A DNA stretch of 32,000 bases from Hyperthermus butylicus DSM 5456 (GCF_000015145.1 NC_008818.1:1350001-1382000), one strand, 5' to 3'; numbered from the stretch's first letter, positions 8,229 to 17,240 are shown. Made by a program: numbers and translations. Notes: generated from the letters alone by a model not told the origin.

Positions 8229-10163
8229 TCAGAAGGTGTAGTATGCGTGTGTTAGCATCTTCTCGACGGTCTTGACGGTTTTGCCGTCCTTGCGGAATGC
8301 TAGGTGGACAGCGCATGCCAGGCATGGGTCGAAGCTCCTTATCGATCTCACGAAGTCTAGGCCCTGCCACTCCTCGGGTGGCAGCTCTTCTGTTACCCAG
8401 CTGTTTAGCGCGCTCTGCTCGAAGGGGCTGTATCCGAACCTGTCATGTGGCGAGACATTGCCCGTGGTTGGCGCGTGTATCTGCACGTTGAGCACCTTAC
8501 CGTTCTCTTGGACTACCCAGTGTCTCACAGTGCCGCGTGGCGCCTCGGTGAAGCCGAAACCGAAAGTTATTGTTCGTGGTACCTTCCACGGCCTCGATGT
8601 CTCGGTATACCGCTTATCTAGTAGGCTGCGATACTGTGATACACCCTTCCAGGCGCCCACTACGTCTAACAGTAGGTTGAATGCTCTAGCCCATAGCCTG
8701 TATATCGTCGTGCTTATTGGTGGCACCTTCCACTTGAACTCCATTGGCTCGCAGACAGAGCCTGGTAGCTCGTCTGTACAAGCGCGTGGCAGGTGTACAG
8801 TTATCTCCCTCCCACCAGCCTTAAACCATGCATCAGCACCGTCAACGTTAACGCTGTAGTTGTGCATTGATGTTATGAGCAGCCTTGCATAGGGGCCTAC
8901 CTCGAATGGTAGTATAGAGCCGTCCTTCCATACTAGCCTTACATGTGTTGCCCATGTGTACTTTCCACTCCAGTTGATTGCTTTGCCCTCAAGCTTCGGT
9001 ATGGTAACCTTGTTCCATGGATGGTACTTTGCGTCATACTTGCCGTGCAGCAGCGGGCTCCCCTCGGGATCTTGTTCTCGATACCAGCGTGGCTTATCCC
9101 AGTCCTCGTAGAACGCCCTTTCAACGTGCTCCATTATGCTGCGCTGGTACTCCTTAAGGCTTGTGGAGACGAGTTCACCGCGTATCACTATACCCGGCTT
9201 TAGTAGGCGCTTAATAGCGGCCTTGTCTATGGCCTTGTAGAATTCTACTGGGTCGTACTGTGGCATGTCCTCGCCATACGCCTCGGGGTCGTCGAATATA
9301 CCGCTGCTTGTTACTGCTAGGACGGTTGTCTTCATGCCTGGGCACTCGCTGGGCTCGCTGGTGTAGGCGTAACTTAGCCCGTTGCAGGAGTATGGCAGGC
9401 CTCCCGGCAGCGTTACTTCTTTCTCGAAGAAGCTTAGCAGGTCCTCCCATAGAGCGTAGAACCATTTTACCCACGCAGTTAGCTTGATGAGGCGTGTCGT
9501 ATAGGCTAGTAGTAGGTTTTCTGCATCGCTTATGTCAGTGGATATGCCGCCAGGTATCAGTGTTGATGGGTGGCTGTGCCTACCGTAGATAAGTACGCCA
9601 GCTTCTCTAGCAAGCCTCTGGAACCTAACCGCGTACTGCCACACCTTGCCGGTGAGCGGGTTAAGGGCCTCCATTATGTCTGCTATGGTTGTAAAGCCAT
9701 GTATATCCCTGTGCTCAGCGTAGACCTTCTTGGCGTGGTCATATACGCTTGGCGTAAACTTCGAGACTATTGCTGCACTATAGTCGGGGCCCTCGAGCAT
9801 GCCGAGAATAATGCTATGGTCGTAGATGTGGTCGGTCATAGCGAATGCCATGTTTCTAAGCACAACACCCATGGGCTTTGGGCTAACACCATATGCCATG
9901 TCTACTGCTAGAACGCTAGCATTAGCATGGCTGGCGCCACATACACCACAAATCCTGCTGGTTACGTGCGGCAGGTCTTCCGGCGGTCTGCCTATACTGA
10001 AGATTTCGAAGCCACGGAACATTGTTACGAATGTCCATGCCTCGCCGGTAGGCTTCCTAGTCTCTGCATCTACGTGGAGCCGGAGTCCGAGGTGCCCCTC
10101 AATCCTCGTTATAGGGTCTATATGGATCCTAATTGTGCGTGATGTACGTGTCATTGTGTGCAC
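8229..10163 (-). CDS. hynL: [NiFe]-hydrogenase large subunit
   Basis: 644 aa. N-terminal RIEGHLG and RICGVCGASH (RxCGxCxxxH) motifs, and C-terminal DPCLACAVH. A 24-aa tail (LAFRKDGKTVKTVEKMLTHAYYTF) follows, as expected for endopeptidase processing. The ATG at 10154, preceded by GAGGGGTG, is a likelier start than GTG 10163. Confidence 0.95.
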   Translation of the reverse strand: MHTMTRTSRTIRIHIDPITRIEGHLGLRLHVDAETRKPTGEAWTFVTMFRGFEIFSIGRPPEDLPHVTSRICGVCGASHANASVLAVDMAYGVSPKPMGVVLRNMAFAMTDHIYDHSIILGMLEGPDYSAAIVSKFTPSVYDHAKKVYAEHRDIHGFTTIADIMEALNPLTGKVWQYAVRFQRLAREAGVLIYGRHSHPSTLIPGGISTDISDAENLLLAYTTRLIKLTAWVKWFYALWEDLLSFFEKEVTLPGGLPYSCNGLSYAYTSEPSECPGMKTTVLAVTSSGIFDDPEAYGEDMPQYDPVEFYKAIDKAAIKRLLKPGIVIRGELVSTSLKEYQRSIMEHVERAFYEDWDKPRWYREQDPEGSPLLHGKYDAKYHPWNKVTIPKLEGKAINWSGKYTWATHVRLVWKDGSILPFEVGPYARLLITSMHNYSVNVDGADAWFKAGGREITVHLPRACTDELPGSVCEPMEFKWKVPPISTTIYRLWARAFNLLLDVVGAWKGVSQYRSLLDKRYTETSRPWKVPRTITFGFGFTEAPRGTVRHWVVQENGKVLNVQIHAPTTGNVSPHDRFGYSPFEQSALNSWVTEELPPEEWQGLDFVRSIRSFDPCLACAVHLAFRKDGKTVKTVEKMLTHAYYTF

Positions 10164-10226
10164 CCCTCGTCACTGTGCTCAGCCGGGGTTTGTGTTGTCA
10201 AAAAACCGTGTACGGGTCATGAACTG

Positions 10227-11658
10227 TCATTTGGTTCCAACACCCCGCACATACCTTCCAAGGTATTCTGCAATATGCATAATACCGATTTCGAGACCGT
10301 AGATCTTTGCACCGCCAGCAATTGAGTGCATGCAGACCGGGCAAGCTGTTACTACGAGGCTTCGCCTTACTCTCACGTATATGGTCTATCTTCCTCTTGA
10401 GTGCTACGGCCCACGCCTTCTCGGTCTTCTCGATGAACTCTTTCTCCTTCTCGCCGCTAATGAGGTCCTCGGGTTTGAGTCCTACTAGGCTGGAGAACTG
10501 CTTGATCATCTCCATGCTCATACAGCCTATGCCTCCTCCACCGCCACAGCATAGACTGTTTACGCCATGATGGGGTAGTGGCCTAAACCTTCTGCTAACC
10601 TTCGCCATGACCCTGTAGGGTTCCTCTACCACACCTCCCCTCCGGACAAGCTGGCACGGATCATGCCATGTTACCTCGTCGTCTGCCGTCTCGAACTCCA
10701 ACTTACCCTTTGAAATTAGCTCGTCGACAAGCTCTACTATGTGGAGCACCTTGAAATCGAGCTTTCTGCCAAGGACTGTTGGCGCCTTCCAACGCAGCCA
10801 GAAATAGGGGAAGCCGCCGTCCAGCAATACTACAGTCTTTACGCCGAGCTTTTCAATGCTGTCAACGAGCCTCTTGAGAGCTTCCTTGGCAGCTTCCGGT
10901 CTTCCGGCTACAGCGGCTACCGGCGTTCTAAAGCCCAGTGGCTTGCTGGGCACTGTGTAGTCTAGCTTGGCAGCCTCTAGGATCTTTATGGCGCCAGCGA
11001 TGGCTCCGGGGTAGAATAGTGCGTCTGTCAGCATTGGCAGTAGTAGTATCTCCGCGCCAGCCTTATCGTATGGCAGCTTCTTCCCGATAGCCTCCTCAGC
11101 CTTGGTTAGTGCAGCCTTCCAAGCCTCCATAAGGCTTGGAACCTCGTAGAATGCTCCGCTCCTCTCTAGCTCGGCGAAGAAGTCTATGAGGGATGGCACT
11201 CTACCCATATCAGTGGCCACAATCTTTAACAGCTCCTGGATCACACTACCACTGTCAATTCCGAACGGACATGTCAGGTAGCAGTGGCCACAGTTTGTAC
11301 ACCGATACACAGCCTCTACAATCTCGTCAAGATCCTTCTCGCTCTTTGGAAGCTTGGCGTTCACTAGCCAGCCAAGTATCCTACCAGCAAACGTTAGCTT
11401 CTTACGGTATATGTAGCGTGCCTTTTCAGCCTTAATCATCGGTGCATTCCGCTCATCTACATAGTAGTATGGACATGCTGGTGCACATACACCACAGCCA
11501 ACGCACGCCTCTAGGAAGTGTAGCTTGACGACATCTATCCTGCCCACAAACTTGGCTACAGCCCTATCCAGTTTCGCCTTGTCAAAGCCGCTCCAGGAAA
11601 TTCTCTCCCTCACCTTCATAGCTATATCGCGTGCCACGGGGCTACCTGTCGCGGCCAT
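10227..11658 (-). CDS. isp2: Isp2: HdrD/GlpC-like Fe-S protein of the hydrogenase operon, with an apparent frameshift near 10355-10368
   Basis: Two ferredoxin motifs (CVGCGVCAPACP, CTNCGHCYLTCP) and a CCG-type motif (NSLCCGGGGGIG). The track ORF (10198..11658) ends in an implausible tail (PRSNSLPGLHALNCWRCKD...). Shifting one frame after ..IRESKA gives SLVVTACPVCMHSIAGGAKIYGLEIGIMHIAEYLGRYVRGVGTK with a stop at 10227-10229, a typical second CCG-domain ending. A GGAGGTGG Shine-Dalgarno-like sequence precedes the ATG at 11658. Confidence 0.85.
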
Positions 11659-11679
11659 AGGCTACCACCTCCCTGCAGC

Positions 11680-12522
11680 TTACACTACACCCTTACGCAC
11701 CTTCACATCCCAATACTTGTGGATCTCGCCATACCAGTAGCCAAACACAAAGTGCCAGTACTTGGAGAATGGAATCCACATCAGCAGGATCTCTGCCAGG
11801 AGCACGTGCAGGCCCAGCAACAGCCTATACGTTGCAGTATTGACTGTCGGTACTTCCGCGCTACCAATACCATACCTTGCTGCAAGGAAGCCGGTAAGCA
11901 GTATGCCTAGTAGCAGCAGGTAGTTGAACATGTCGCTTAGTTTGAGGCCGCGCACACCCCTGATGCTATCAGCTATTCTTAAAATCATCTTGGCTACAAT
12001 TCCAATCATTGCTAGTACTGCTAGCACATCACCATTCAGTATCACCGTTAAGGGGCCCCAGATGCTTTCACGGAACACGCTCCCGTCGAACCCTGGCGGT
12101 AGTAGGCTTGACACCGATGGAGCACTGCTAGAGTAGCTCTCCGGTATCCAAAGCCCTAGCTGCGCCACAACACGGTATATTGGCAGGTAGTACGACCATA
12201 CTGCGACGTGCTGCGATAGCAGGAACAGTATCGGTAGGACACCTATTATGTGTAGTAGCATCAGTCCAAAGAGGAATTCCTCCTTTCTATTCTTCGCGGC
12301 AAATATTATTGGTACAATGAAAGTTTTTGGAAATTCTATTATGAGCTTCGATAATGGCCTCTTCCTAGCATCGGCTTTGACTGGTCTCCGCCAATAGAAT
12401 ATCATTCTAGCTATACGGTAGGCTACACCAAAGGCAAATACAGCTATGGCAATCCAGAAGAACTTATACACAGCGAACGTGTAGATAATGTCGCCCAACG
12501 CCACGGAGCCCACCCCCTTCAC
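11680..12522 (-). CDS. isp1: Isp1: integral-membrane b-type cytochrome-like subunit (NarI/DsrM/HdrE-like)
   Basis: 280 aa with about 5-6 TM helices carrying candidate haem-ligand histidines (LLHIIGV, SQHVAVW, GLHVLLAE, WHFVFGYW). Its GTG start overlaps the hynS stop (GTGA at 12519-12522). It occupies the position between the small subunit and the HdrD-like protein, as in Isp-type operons. Confidence 0.75.
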   Translation of the reverse strand: MKGVGSVALGDIIYTFAVYKFFWIAIAVFAFGVAYRIARMIFYWRRPVKADARKRPLSKLIIEFPKTFIVPIIFAAKNRKEEFLFGLMLLHIIGVLPILFLLSQHVAVWSYYLPIYRVVAQLGLWIPESYSSSAPSVSSLLPPGFDGSVFRESIWGPLTVILNGDVLAVLAMIGIVAKMILRIADSIRGVRGLKLSDMFNYLLLLGILLTGFLAARYGIGSAEVPTVNTATYRLLLGLHVLLAEILLMWIPFSKYWHFVFGYWYGEIHKYWDVKVRKGVV

Positions 12523-14051
12523 GCGCCCTTCTCCTTCTCCTTCTCACCTCCCGCGAGCTTACGGATACCATAAGCTGCGAGTACACCAACAACAGCCGCG
12601 CCGGCTGCGAGCTCGGTTGCAGCGGAGGCTTCAGGCTTCACGGGGGCTGGTAACGGCTTGTAGTACGGCTCATAGGCGTCCATGAAGCCTGGCATCGTGC
12701 AGCCTATGCAGACACCGCCGGTCCTAGTTGGACCGCCGACACCATTAACCCAGCCAATCTTGTTGTATGGACAATTTGATATGGGGCCTTTGCAGCCGAC
12801 GCTGAAGAGGCATGCGCCGCTAGGCTCGCCTGGCTCGCTGCGTAGTATACCTGCACGGTACTTTTCATTTCTCGGGCATTGCTCGTGTACAGAGCCTCCA
12901 AAGATGATCTTTGGCCTCCAGTACTGGTCAAGCTCTGGTAGAGGTAGCTCTCCCTTAACCCATAGTATGAGGTTTGTCAGGGTCTTCAGTTGCGCATTGC
13001 CGTTGGAGGGGCATCCTGGTACAGCTACGGCGGGCTTGCAGCTTGCATCGGGGCTTGGCTTGTCGGGTACACACTTGCCATCGATAAAGTCCACGTAGGG
13101 CTTCGCAAAGCTTCTAAATGGCTCTGGCGCTTGTTCAGCTAGTATCTTTGCGAAGCCCTTGTAGCCCCTAACGGGGTCGGGGAAGAAGCCTACACCGCCG
13201 GTTGGACTAAAGCTCCATCCATACCTGGCCCATTCCCTATACAGTTTGTAGCCTGTTGTTGACTCGTAATCCTCTAGCAGGTCGCTGCGAGCCCAGCTGA
13301 AAGCTACGGTGTTGCCGACAACGCCACCGTAGCTTGCACAGTTGCCAAAGCTAACAACTCCTATGGCGCGCTTCATAAGGCAGGCAAACCACCTTGCACA
13401 AGTGACGACATCCTCGCCACTAAGCCCCTTCATGCACTCTTCTGTCGCCTTCTCAACCTCGTCAATCTTCTCCACGAGCCTCTCAGCGATAATCTTGGCT
13501 CTCTCCGGCGATATGGCCTTGACAGCGTCAACCACTGGGAGCAGTGTGTTGGGCTTCATCTTGCCCTCAACTACCCTGCGGAGCTTCTCAAGCGACTCCA
13601 TAACAGTCTCGTAGTCACCAATGTAGCACAGCATGTTTGTGCCCTTAATGCCGGTTAGATCCTCGTCCGGTGGCATGGCCCCTTCTAGAATGAGCACGTA
13701 TGGATCGTATACGCCACCCAGGGCTAACAGAAGATGCGCTATAGAGCCGAAGCCCCATTCGGGCATAACAGTCTCATGGAATGGTAGTACAACAGCACCC
13801 GGTGGTGTTAGATTTGTAAGACCAGCTAGAACCTCAACAATGTCTGGCTCGGTAGCCTGTATCAAGGACGTTGTATCACCAGCGCAGTCCTGGGCTTCAA
13901 ACCATACAAGGCTAATACCTCCCGTCTCCAGTTCTGCAAAGGCTCTGCGTATTAGCTTACGCCAGTCAAGAGATGCTAGTAGCGCTGTGGTACCAGCAAG
14001 CTTTAGAAACTGTCTCCTAGACAGCCTTAGTTCTAGCACTCTTGAGCACAC
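12519..14051 (-). CDS. hynS: [NiFe]-hydrogenase small subunit: Tat signal, two internal insertions, C-terminal membrane anchor
   Basis: 510 aa. Tat motif LSRRQFLKLAG. Cluster motifs FEAQDCAGDTTS (proximal), FGNCASYGG, VPGCPSNG, VHEQCPRNEKY, GACLFSVGCKGPISNCP and CIGCTMPGF. C-terminal hydrophobic helix AAGAAVVGVLAAYGI followed by GGEKEKEKGA. An in-frame GTG at 14039 is an alternative start. Confidence 0.93.
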   Translation of the reverse strand: MCSRVLELRLSRRQFLKLAGTTALLASLDWRKLIRRAFAELETGGISLVWFEAQDCAGDTTSLIQATEPDIVEVLAGLTNLTPPGAVVLPFHETVMPEWGFGSIAHLLLALGGVYDPYVLILEGAMPPDEDLTGIKGTNMLCYIGDYETVMESLEKLRRVVEGKMKPNTLLPVVDAVKAISPERAKIIAERLVEKIDEVEKATEECMKGLSGEDVVTCARWFACLMKRAIGVVSFGNCASYGGVVGNTVAFSWARSDLLEDYESTTGYKLYREWARYGWSFSPTGGVGFFPDPVRGYKGFAKILAEQAPEPFRSFAKPYVDFIDGKCVPDKPSPDASCKPAVAVPGCPSNGNAQLKTLTNLILWVKGELPLPELDQYWRPKIIFGGSVHEQCPRNEKYRAGILRSEPGEPSGACLFSVGCKGPISNCPYNKIGWVNGVGGPTRTGGVCIGCTMPGFMDAYEPYYKPLPAPVKPEASAATELAAGAAVVGVLAAYGIRKLAGGEKEKEKGA

Positions 14052-14074
14052 CCCGTCTCAGCATGATCAAGTAG

Positions 14075-14083
14075 TTATTTTAA
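14075..14083 (-). promoter_or_regulatory. TATA-like box of the hydrogenase operon
   Basis: TTAAAATAA on the coding strand, centred about 28 nt upstream of the hynS GTG (14051). This spacing fits a leaderless or near-leaderless archaeal transcript. Confidence 0.45.
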
Positions 14084-14532
14084 GTTTGTGTAGAGTAAAT
14101 AAAGGTAACGCTGTAAACACTCAATTAGTATAACACTATAGAACAATATTGAAAATGCAAAAACGATGGGTCTGGAAGGGGGGCAAATCATTGGCAACGG
14201 TGATACTTGTTGACGGTTGCCGAAGAGTATACGACCCTGGAGTGAGCCTATCTGGATAGTCATGGATTACCTAACTTTGCTGTAAGTGTACCCCGGGAGA
14301 GCTCGTTCCAGCAGTACCGTACAGGTTGTATTAGCACGGCTGGGAAGAGGGCGCCAAGTATACAAGCGTCCTACTAGACTCTTCTAGGCTTGGGTGGTGG
14401 TCTCCAAAGAGCCCGGCCAGGGGCGTTGAATCTCCTCGATCCCTTCTCGGTCTCTGAATCCGAAGTTTGGCTTAACACCGGCCTCTCACTGCACTAGTAA
14501 GCGCTGAGCTGCAGGTCTTCGGGCTCTCTGGC

Positions 14533-15138
14533 TTGAGAGTAGGATGTTCAGGGTGCTGTGGTGTGAGGCTGCTAGTACTGGGTGTCGGCAATCCCCTCTT
14601 TGCCGACGACGGGCTGGGTTACTGTGTTGTTCGGGGTCTCGAGGAGTGTAGTTCTAGGCCATCATGTGTAGAGTTTGAGGCTGTTCAAGCTCTCGAGCCA
14701 GGCCTAGTAGCGCTCTTCGAGGGTAGGGACCATGTTGTGATCATTGATATTGTGGATCCGCGTATGCTTCCTCCAGCTGCTAAGCTCTTAGTGGTGGAGC
14801 TTGACCCCAACAGGCTCAGTAGCTCCGAGATTACCGGAGCAATAGTTAGTACAAGCTCTCACGAGCTGAACCCGGCAAGCCTCGCGGTCTTAGCGAGAGC
14901 CTCAGGGCTCTTCAACGGTAGGGTGACCGTACTCGGCGTGCCGGGATTCAATATCGAGCTGGGAGGTAGGGTTTCCGGCGAGGCACTCCAGGCGCTCCCC
15001 GTTCTCGTTAGGGAGCTCAGCTCTAGGATCTCGAGGCTCTGTGGCGAGGAGATAGTGGTGGACATGGAGTGCTTCTGGAGGATCGTTAGCAGAGAGTGTA
15101 GCGTTAGTCACGGTGGAGCTGGTGCCAGCCCAGGGTAG
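14533..15138 (+). CDS. Hydrogenase maturation endopeptidase (HybD/HyaD/HycI family)
   Basis: LLVLGVGNPLFADDGLG, VVIIDIVD and SSHELNP match the conserved Asp / Asp / His metal-site pattern of this family. It is divergent from the hydrogenase operon. The in-frame GTG at 14563 (MRLLVLGVGN) is a likelier start. Confidence 0.85.
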   Translation: MRVGCSGCCGVRLLVLGVGNPLFADDGLGYCVVRGLEECSSRPSCVEFEAVQALEPGLVALFEGRDHVVIIDIVDPRMLPPAAKLLVVELDPNRLSSSEITGAIVSTSSHELNPASLAVLARASGLFNGRVTVLGVPGFNIELGGRVSGEALQALPVLVRELSSRISRLCGEEIVVDMECFWRIVSRECSVSHGGAGASPG

Positions 15139-15266
15139 AGCTAGACATAGCAGTCGAGGTTACAGCACGCGTCGTGGCCGAGGCTTACAAGTCCACGCTG
15201 GAGCTGGCGAGGGAAGCAGCAGAGATAGTTGAGTCTGAGCGTGCCGGTGAAACCTAGGGGCATGGC

Positions 15267-15968
15267 TTGAAGCCCGTCTACCGCTGCAGGGTCTGCAGCG
15301 CCTACACCGAGGAGCCAGTACACTGTGGCAGGCCCGCAGAGCCGTTGATGACGGGGGAGCAGAGGCTAAGGCTTAGCAAGCTCATGACAACCCTGCTGCG
15401 CCATCTCCCCCACGAAGCTGGGCTACGCCTCGACCCCCAAGGGTGGGTTGGAATAGACGAGCTTGTCCGCGGGATAAGGGAGAGGTGGAGGAACCGCCAC
15501 CTCTACCAGTGGGTTACCCGGGACCACGTCATAGCGGTAGCTCTCCTTGACCCGAAGGGGAGGTTCCAGCTAGACCTCGCGAGGGGCAGGATAAGAGCCG
15601 CCTACGGCCACACTGTGAGGGTTGAGCTGGGCTACCGCCCCCTCAGCATGGATGAGTTGCCAGACAAGCTGTACCACGGCACTGTTGCAGAGAACCTGGC
15701 TTCGATACTGAGTGAGGGGCTTAAGCCCATGAGGAGGCTGATGGTTCACATGACAACAGACTACAGCTCCGCCGTGGAGACAGGGCGGAGGCACGGGCCT
15801 AACGTTGTGGTACTTGTCATAGATCCTCGATGCCTGGCGAAACACGGCATACCAGTCTACCGAGCTAGCGACACTATCTACCTGGCTCCTAGTGTGCCAC
15901 CAAACTGCATTACAGGGAAAATAGCGCGAAACCCGCAATCGGCCAGGAAGACCTACCTGCATGCCTAG
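15267..15968 (+). CDS. kptA: RNA 2'-phosphotransferase Tpt1/KptA with an N-terminal zinc-ribbon-like extension
   Basis: LSKLMTTLLRHLPHEAGLRLDPQGWVGIDELV, RIRAAYGHTV, LYHGT and MVHMT are the Tpt1 family motifs. TTG start. The first ~30 aa read YRCRVCSAYTEEPVHCG. Confidence 0.9.
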   Translation: MKPVYRCRVCSAYTEEPVHCGRPAEPLMTGEQRLRLSKLMTTLLRHLPHEAGLRLDPQGWVGIDELVRGIRERWRNRHLYQWVTRDHVIAVALLDPKGRFQLDLARGRIRAAYGHTVRVELGYRPLSMDELPDKLYHGTVAENLASILSEGLKPMRRLMVHMTTDYSSAVETGRRHGPNVVVLVIDPRCLAKHGIPVYRASDTIYLAPSVPPNCITGKIARNPQSARKTYLHA

Positions 15969-16280
15969 ACGGCTACGCCTTCCTCTCCATACTTACTGCC
16001 AACAGGCAGTAGGCTGCCCCAGGACCCGCGATAACCCGGATACCCTCCTGGCGTTCAGAGGGCTAACACCGATGGAGAAAACCTTAGTGATATCGAGAGG
16101 CTGACGGGGCTATGGGAGCAATTGTTGATGCATCAGTAATCGCAGCCGCTGCAAAGGGGATGGGAAGACCATTAGAACGTTAATATGGTGGTATTAGTCT
16201 GGCAGGATTTAGCATTAGTGAGTTTTTGATGCGCATCCTAGTCTTTCCCATCACCCTTCTTATTCCGGTGCCCAACGTGG

Positions 16281-17240
16281 TTGCTAGCCCCTCGGCGGTT
16301 ATGCTTGGAGGCTGCTGTTATCGCTAGAGTCATTATCGCAGTAGCACTTACCGTGGTCGGCCTAGCTGTTGGTAGGGGGAGTCTTGCCCGTGCTGTATAT
16401 AGGGCTGTAACGCTACTCCTACTCTACTTCTCTATGCCTATACTTACCTGGTATACTGTCGGCATTGCCTTGCCTAGGTTTCTCAAACTTATAGATGTCA
16501 TGGTAGTCGGCTTCGCCTACATAGTAGTAGCACTGGTTGCTGTAACATTGCTTACCTCGTTTGCCGGGAAAAGGCTCGGTTGGAACTGTAGGGTTAAGGC
16601 AGCTGTGACGCTAGCCTCGGTATTCCAGAACGCCTTCTTCCTGCCACTACCAGTCGTGCTGCTGCTTGGGGGTACAGTTGAGCCAATAGTAGCCTATGGC
16701 ATAGCATTTAGTACTATGACTGGGTTTGCTGTACCATTCATTGCTAGTAGGTGCAGCCCATCACGCGGACCAAGGGGGCTGTGGGAGCCCCTACGTGGAC
16801 TACTCACCTATCCACCATTCTACGGGCTTCTGGCGGGTATCGCCACGATACCTCTGAGCTGGCAGCTTTACGCGAGCGCCGGCTCAGTGATAGCAGTGTT
16901 GAAGAGCGTTGCGTCAGAGGCTACCTTGTTGAGCTTCTACCTTGTAGGGGCTAGCATAGCATTAACGTGGCCTCCAAGGATAGACTCAGCTGTCGTCTTT
17001 ACCGCCCTCTGGAGGCTCCTCATCTCCCCCATAGTACACCTCGGACTCGCTGCCCTATTGGGGCTCGGCAGTTGGCTGTTGAAGTGCGTCCTGATAGAAT
17101 CGATTATGCCCCCAGCCACCATGAACCTCGTATTCTCAGAGTACTACAGGTTAGAAACGAGCGTCGTGGCCTCCTCAATAGCATTCATAACGCTTCTCTC
17201 CCTCGCCCTGGTAGGACTGTTAGCAATCTCACCTCCATAG
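16281..17240 (+). CDS. AEC (auxin efflux carrier / Mem_trans) family permease
   Basis: 319 aa with about 10 TM helices. The two-half architecture and a C-terminal-half motif ESIMPPATMNLVFSEYY resemble AEC transporters. The true start is probably an internal TTG (for example 16308). Confidence 0.6.
   Translation: MLAPRRLCLEAAVIARVIIAVALTVVGLAVGRGSLARAVYRAVTLLLLYFSMPILTWYTVGIALPRFLKLIDVMVVGFAYIVVALVAVTLLTSFAGKRLGWNCRVKAAVTLASVFQNAFFLPLPVVLLLGGTVEPIVAYGIAFSTMTGFAVPFIASRCSPSRGPRGLWEPLRGLLTYPPFYGLLAGIATIPLSWQLYASAGSVIAVLKSVASEATLLSFYLVGASIALTWPPRIDSAVVFTALWRLLISPIVHLGLAALLGLGSWLLKCVLIESIMPPATMNLVFSEYYRLETSVVASSIAFITLLSLALVGLLAISPP

Noticed and set aside
8272-14133. Antisense or off-frame ORFs within the hydrogenase operon (for example 8272..8859, 9826..10302, 10307..10570, 12682..13098, 13633..14133)
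   Set aside because: Each is fully overlapped by a strongly motif-supported hydrogenase gene on the other strand, and all have low-complexity Ser/Pro/Arg composition.
14075-14263. 62-aa ORF in the hydrogenase/protease intergenic region
   Set aside because: It lies over the AT-rich promoter and TATA region, has an odd Ile/Leu/Phe/Tyr-rich composition, and has no start context. It is probably an artefact of the AT-rich spacer.
14380-14470. tRNA-like segment (GGGGCGTTGAATCTCC resembling a T-arm)
   Set aside because: I could not build an acceptor stem or a canonical GTTCRANYC T-loop on either strand.
15108-15323. Helical-looking plus-strand frame (..LDIAVEVTARVVAEAYKSTLELAREAAEIVESERAGET*, 15108-15257) and the 60-aa minus ORF 15141..15323
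   Set aside because: The plus frame has no ATG, and only a GTG that leaves 27 aa. It might be a frameshifted C-terminal extension of the protease or a micro-ORF, but neither can be supported. The minus ORF overlaps the kptA start and looks non-coding.
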